Positions 59,701 through 64,000 of a stretch of 64,000 bases of DNA are shown in pieces. Source of the DNA: the human T2T-CHM13v2.0 reference genome, Homo sapiens; assembly GCF_009914755.1 (NCBI RefSeq), contig NC_060932.1. One strand, given 5' to 3'. The notes below the pieces were generated by a model. It made no database searches. It worked only from the letters and a program-made list of their open reading frames with translations, and had not been told where the DNA came from. How positions within the stretch are numbered: the first letter of the stretch is position 1; every line of letters starts with the position of its first letter. Both the position numbers and the translations under genes were made by a program.

Positions 59701-61595
59701 TGGAGGACTTTGAGGCCTATGGTGGGAAAGGAAATATCTTCACATAAAAACTAGACAGATGCATTCTGAGAAACTTCTTTGTGCTTTGTCCATTCAACAA
59801 ACAGAGTTGAATATTCCTTTTGATAGAGCAGTTTTGAAAAACTCTTTTTGTAGAATCTGTAAGTGCATATTTTTAGCACTTTGAGGCCTAAGGTGGAAAA
59901 GGAAATATCTTCCCATAAAAACTAGACAGAAACATTCTCAGAAACTTCTTTGTGCTGTGTGTATTCAACTCACAGAGTTGAACCTTTCTTTTGATTGAGC
60001 AGTTTGGAAACACTCTTTTTGTATTATCTACAAATGCATATTTGGAGCACTTAGAGGCCTACAGCTGAAAAGGAAATATCTTCACATAAAAACTACACAG
60101 AAGCATTCTGAGAAACTTCTTTGTGAAGTGTGCAATTATCTCACAGACTTGAACCTTTCTTTTGATTGAGCAGTTTTGAAACACTCTTTTTGTAGAACCT
60201 GCAAGTAGACATTTGGAGCGCTTTGAAGCCTATGGTGGAAAAGGAAATATGTTCACATGAAAACTAGACAGAAGCCGTCTCAGAAACTTCTATGTGATTT
60301 GTGCATTCAACTCACAGAGATGAACCTTTCTTTTGATAGAGTAGTTTTTAAACACTCTATTTGTAGGATCTGCAAATGAATATTTGGAGTGCTTTGAGGC
60401 CAATAGCTGAAAAGGGAATATCTTCACATAAAAACTAAACAGAAGCATAATCACAAACAACTTTGTGATATGTGCATTCAACTCACAGAGTTGAAATTTT
60501 CTTTGGTTGAGCTGTTTGAAAACACTCTTTTTGTAGTATCTGCAAATGCATATTTCCAGCGTTTTGAGGCCAATACCTGAAGACAAAATATCTTCACATA
60601 AAAACTATTGAGAAGCATTCTGAAAAACTTATTTGTAATGTGTGCATTCATCTCACACAGTCGAACATTTCTTTTGATTGAGCAGCTTTGAAACACTCTT
60701 TTTGTAGAATCTGCAAGTGGATATTTGTAGCGCTTTGAGGCCTATGGTGGAAAAGGAAATATCTTCACATAAAAACCAGACGGAAGCTTTCTCAGAAGCA
60801 TCTTTGTGATGTGTGCATTCAACTCACAGAATTGAACCTTTCATTTGATTGAGCAGTTTGGAAACAATCTTTTTGTAGAATCTGCAAGTGGATATTTTGA
60901 GCCCTTTGAGGCCTATGGTGGAAAAGGAAATATCTTCACATAAAAACTAGATGGAAGCTTTCTCAGAAGCATCTTTGTGATGTGTGCATTCAACTCACAG
61001 AGTTGAACCTTTCTTTTGATGGAGCAGTTTGAAAACAATCTTTTTGTGGAATCTGCAAGTGGATATTTTGAGCTCTTTGAGGCCTATAGTTGAAAAAGAA
61101 ATATCTTCACATAAAAACCAGACAGAAACACTCTGAGAAACTTCTTTGTGATATGTGCATTCATCTCACAGAGTTGAACCTTTCTATTGATTTAGCAGTT
61201 TTGAAACACTCTTTTTGTAGAATCTGCAATTGGATTTGTATGGCGCTTTGACACCTATGGTACCCAAAAAATTATCTTACCACAAAAACTCGACAGAAGC
61301 ATTCTCAGAACCTTCTTTGTGATGTGTGCATTCAACCCACAGAGTTTATCCATTCTTTTGATTGAGCAGTTTTGAAACAATCTTTTTGTAGAATCAGCAG
61401 TTGGATATTTGGAGTGCTTTGAGGCCTATGGTGGAAAAGGAAATATCTTCATATAAAAACTAAACAGAAGCATTCTGAGATACACCTTGTGATGTGTACT
61501 TTTATCTCACAGAGTTGAACCTTTCTTTTGATTCAGCAGTTTGGAACCACTCTTTCTGTAGTATCTGCAAATGGATATTTGGAGTGCTTTGAGGC
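53761..61595 (+). repeat. Old monomeric A-type alpha-satellite layer (family uncertain) with a relic multimer duplication
   Basis: No CENP-B boxes. Mixed caactc/catctc monomers, recurrent gtatctgcaaatggata and gcctatagctgaaaaagaaata variants; the aaatctag/caatctgag dimer pattern is lost. Confidence 0.7.
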
Positions 61596-64000
61596 CCCAG
61601 ATGAAATCTAGAAATACACTATCTGTGAATTTGCTTTGTGATGTGTGGATTCATCTTACGGAGTTAAACATTTCTTTTTTTCAGCTGGTTGGAAACACCT
61701 TTTTGTAGAATCTGCAAAGGGACATTTGGGATCCCATTGAGGCATTTGGTGAAAAAACAAAAATCCCCGGATAAAAACTATAAATAAGCTATCTGTGAAA
61801 CTGCCATGTGATGTGTACATTCACCTCACAGAGTTAAACATTTCATTCGATTCAGGAAGTTGGAAATATTTCTTTTGTAAGATCTAGGAAAGGACATTTG
61901 TGAGCCCATTGAGGCCTATGTAAAACATTGAATATTAGCAAAGTAACACAAGAAAGTAGCTATTTGTAAAACTGATTTGGGATGTATGGATTTATCTTTC
62001 AGAGTTAAGCCTTTCTTTTGATTCAGCAGGTTGGAAACAGTATGTTCGTAGAATCTGTGAAGGGACATTTGGGGGCCTATTGAGCCCTATGGTGAAAAAC
62101 AGAATATCTTAAGATAAAAACTAGAAAGAACAATCTGTGAAGCCGCTTTGGGTTTTGTGGATTCATATCATTGAGTTAAACTTTTCTTTTGATTCAACAT
62201 GTTGGAAACACTGTTTTTGTAGTATTTGTGAAGGGATCTTTGGTAGCCCATTGAGGCCTATAGTGAAAAAGAAAATATACCCAGATAAAAACTAGAAAGA
62301 AGTTATCTGTTAAACTGCTTTTTGATGTGTGTATTCATCTCACAGAGTTACACCTTTCATTTGAGACAGCGGGTTGGTAACATTCTTTTTGTAGAATCTG
62401 AGAAGGAAAATTTGGGAGCCATTGTGGCCTAGGATGAAAACAGAATATCCTCAGAAAAAACTAGAATGAAGTTATCTTTGAACCTGTTTTATAATGTGTG
62501 GCTTTATTTCAGAGAGTTAAATATTTCTTTTGATTCAGCAGTTTGAAACACTATTTTTGTAAAACCTGTGAAAGGACATTTGGAAGCCCTCTGAAGACTA
62601 TTGTGAAAAACCAAATATCCTTAGATAAACACTAAAAAAAAAGGCATCTGTGAAACTGCACTGTAATGCGTGGATTTATGTCACAGTGTAAAAATTTCTT
62701 TTGATTCAGCAGGTTAGAAACACTTTTTTTTGTAGAATCTGTGAAGAAACCTTTGGGAGGCAATAGAGACATATGGTGAAAAACTGAACATCCCCAGATA
62801 AATACTAGGAATAAGCTGTCTATGAAACTGCTTTGTCATGTATGGATTCACCTCACAGTGTTAAACCTTTCATTTTATTCAGCAGTTTGGAAGCACTCTT
62901 TTTGTAGAATCTGCAAAGGAATGTTTGGGAGACCATTGAGGTCTATGGTGAAAAACAGAATATACCCAGATAAACACTAGAAAGAAGCTATCTGGGAAAC
63001 TGCTTTGTGATGTGTGGATTTATCTCACAGAGGTAAATCTTTCTTTTCATTCAGCATATTGGAAACACTCTTTTTGTAAAATCTGCGAAAATACATTTCA
63101 AAGCCTATTTAGGCCTATGGTGAAAAACAATATATCCCCAGATAAACACTAGAAAAAAGATCTCTGTGAAACTGCATTGTGATATGTGGATTCATCTCAC
63201 AGAGTCAAACTTTTCTTTTGATTCATCAGGTTGAGAATACTCTCTTGTGGAAACTTCAAAAAGAAATTTGGGAGCCCAATGAGGCCTAGTGTGATAAACT
63301 GGATATCCCCAGATAAAAACTAAAAAGAAGCTATTTGTGACACTGCTTTGTGATATGTGGATTCATTTCACAGAGATAAACCTTTCCTTTGAGTCAGCAG
63401 GTGGAAGTGCTCTTTTTGTATAATCTACAAAGTAATATTTGGAGCCCATTGAGGCCTATCATGAAAAACAGGATATCTTCAGATAAAAACTTCAAAGAAG
63501 CTATCTGTGAAACTGATTTGTGGTGTGAGGATTCATCTCACATAGTTAATCCTTGCATTCGATTCAACAGATTGAAAATACACTTTTTGTAGAATATGCA
63601 AAAAAACAATTGGGAGCCCATTGAGGCCTAGGTAGAAAAGCAAAATCACCAAATAAAAAGTAGAAAGAACCTATCTGTGAAACTCCTTTGTGACATGTAA
63701 ATTCATCTCACACAGATAAAACTTTCTTTTGATTCAGCAGGTTGGAAACATTCTTTTTGTAGAATCTGTGAAGGGGCATCTGAAAGTTCATTGAGGCCTA
63801 TGGTGAAAAACTGGATATCTTCAGAGAAAAATGAGAAAGAAGATACTTATGAATCTGTTTTGTGATGTGTGGATTCATGTCACAGAGTTAAACCTTTCTG
63901 TTGATTCAGCAGTTTTAAAACACTCTTTTTGTAGAATTTGCAAAGGGAAATAGGGCAGCCCATTGAGGCTTATGGTGAAAAACAGAATATACCCAGATTA
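61596..64000 (+). repeat. Ancient alpha-satellite layer (SF9-or-older type)
   Basis: Distinct consensus: ctatctgtgaaactgctttgtgatgtgtggattcatctcacagagttaaac...gattcagcaggttggaaac...gggagcccattgaggcctatggtgaaaaacagaatatccccagataaaaactagaaagaag. Still ~171-bp period, highly diverged. Confidence 0.8.

Overview
Human (AluYb8-containing) centromere edge, made entirely of alpha satellite plus three retroelements. No functional protein-coding gene is present. Left to right, all alphoid on one strand: (1) 1-~9740, about 5.2 near-identical copies of a ~1869-bp 11-monomer higher-order repeat (HOR) of the SF2 (D1/D2) family, most consistent with chromosome 8 D8Z2; (2) ~9741-11060, one divergent terminal HOR copy with an internal dimer duplication; (3) ~11061-36590, divergent SF5-like (R1/R2) alphoid with scattered CENP-B boxes and relic multimer duplications, carrying an AluYb8 and a 5'-truncated L1PA2-like element; (4) ~36591-61595, three successive CENP-B-box-free monomeric layers, one carrying a full-length inactive L1PA3-like element on the minus strand; (5) 61596-64000, an ancient alphoid layer. 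I see no evidence for a new gene-based system. The most interesting signals are structural: two L1s of apparently different subfamilies share four non-consensus substitutions, all three retroelements inserted into the same ~25 bp of the monomer, several templated or fold-back repair scars are present (one has an exact 50-bp inverted donor 700 bp away), CENP-B box integrity rises toward the array edge, and relic HORs are hidden in the 'monomeric' layers. Subfamily and suprachromosomal-family names come from recalled consensus sequences, not from a database search.
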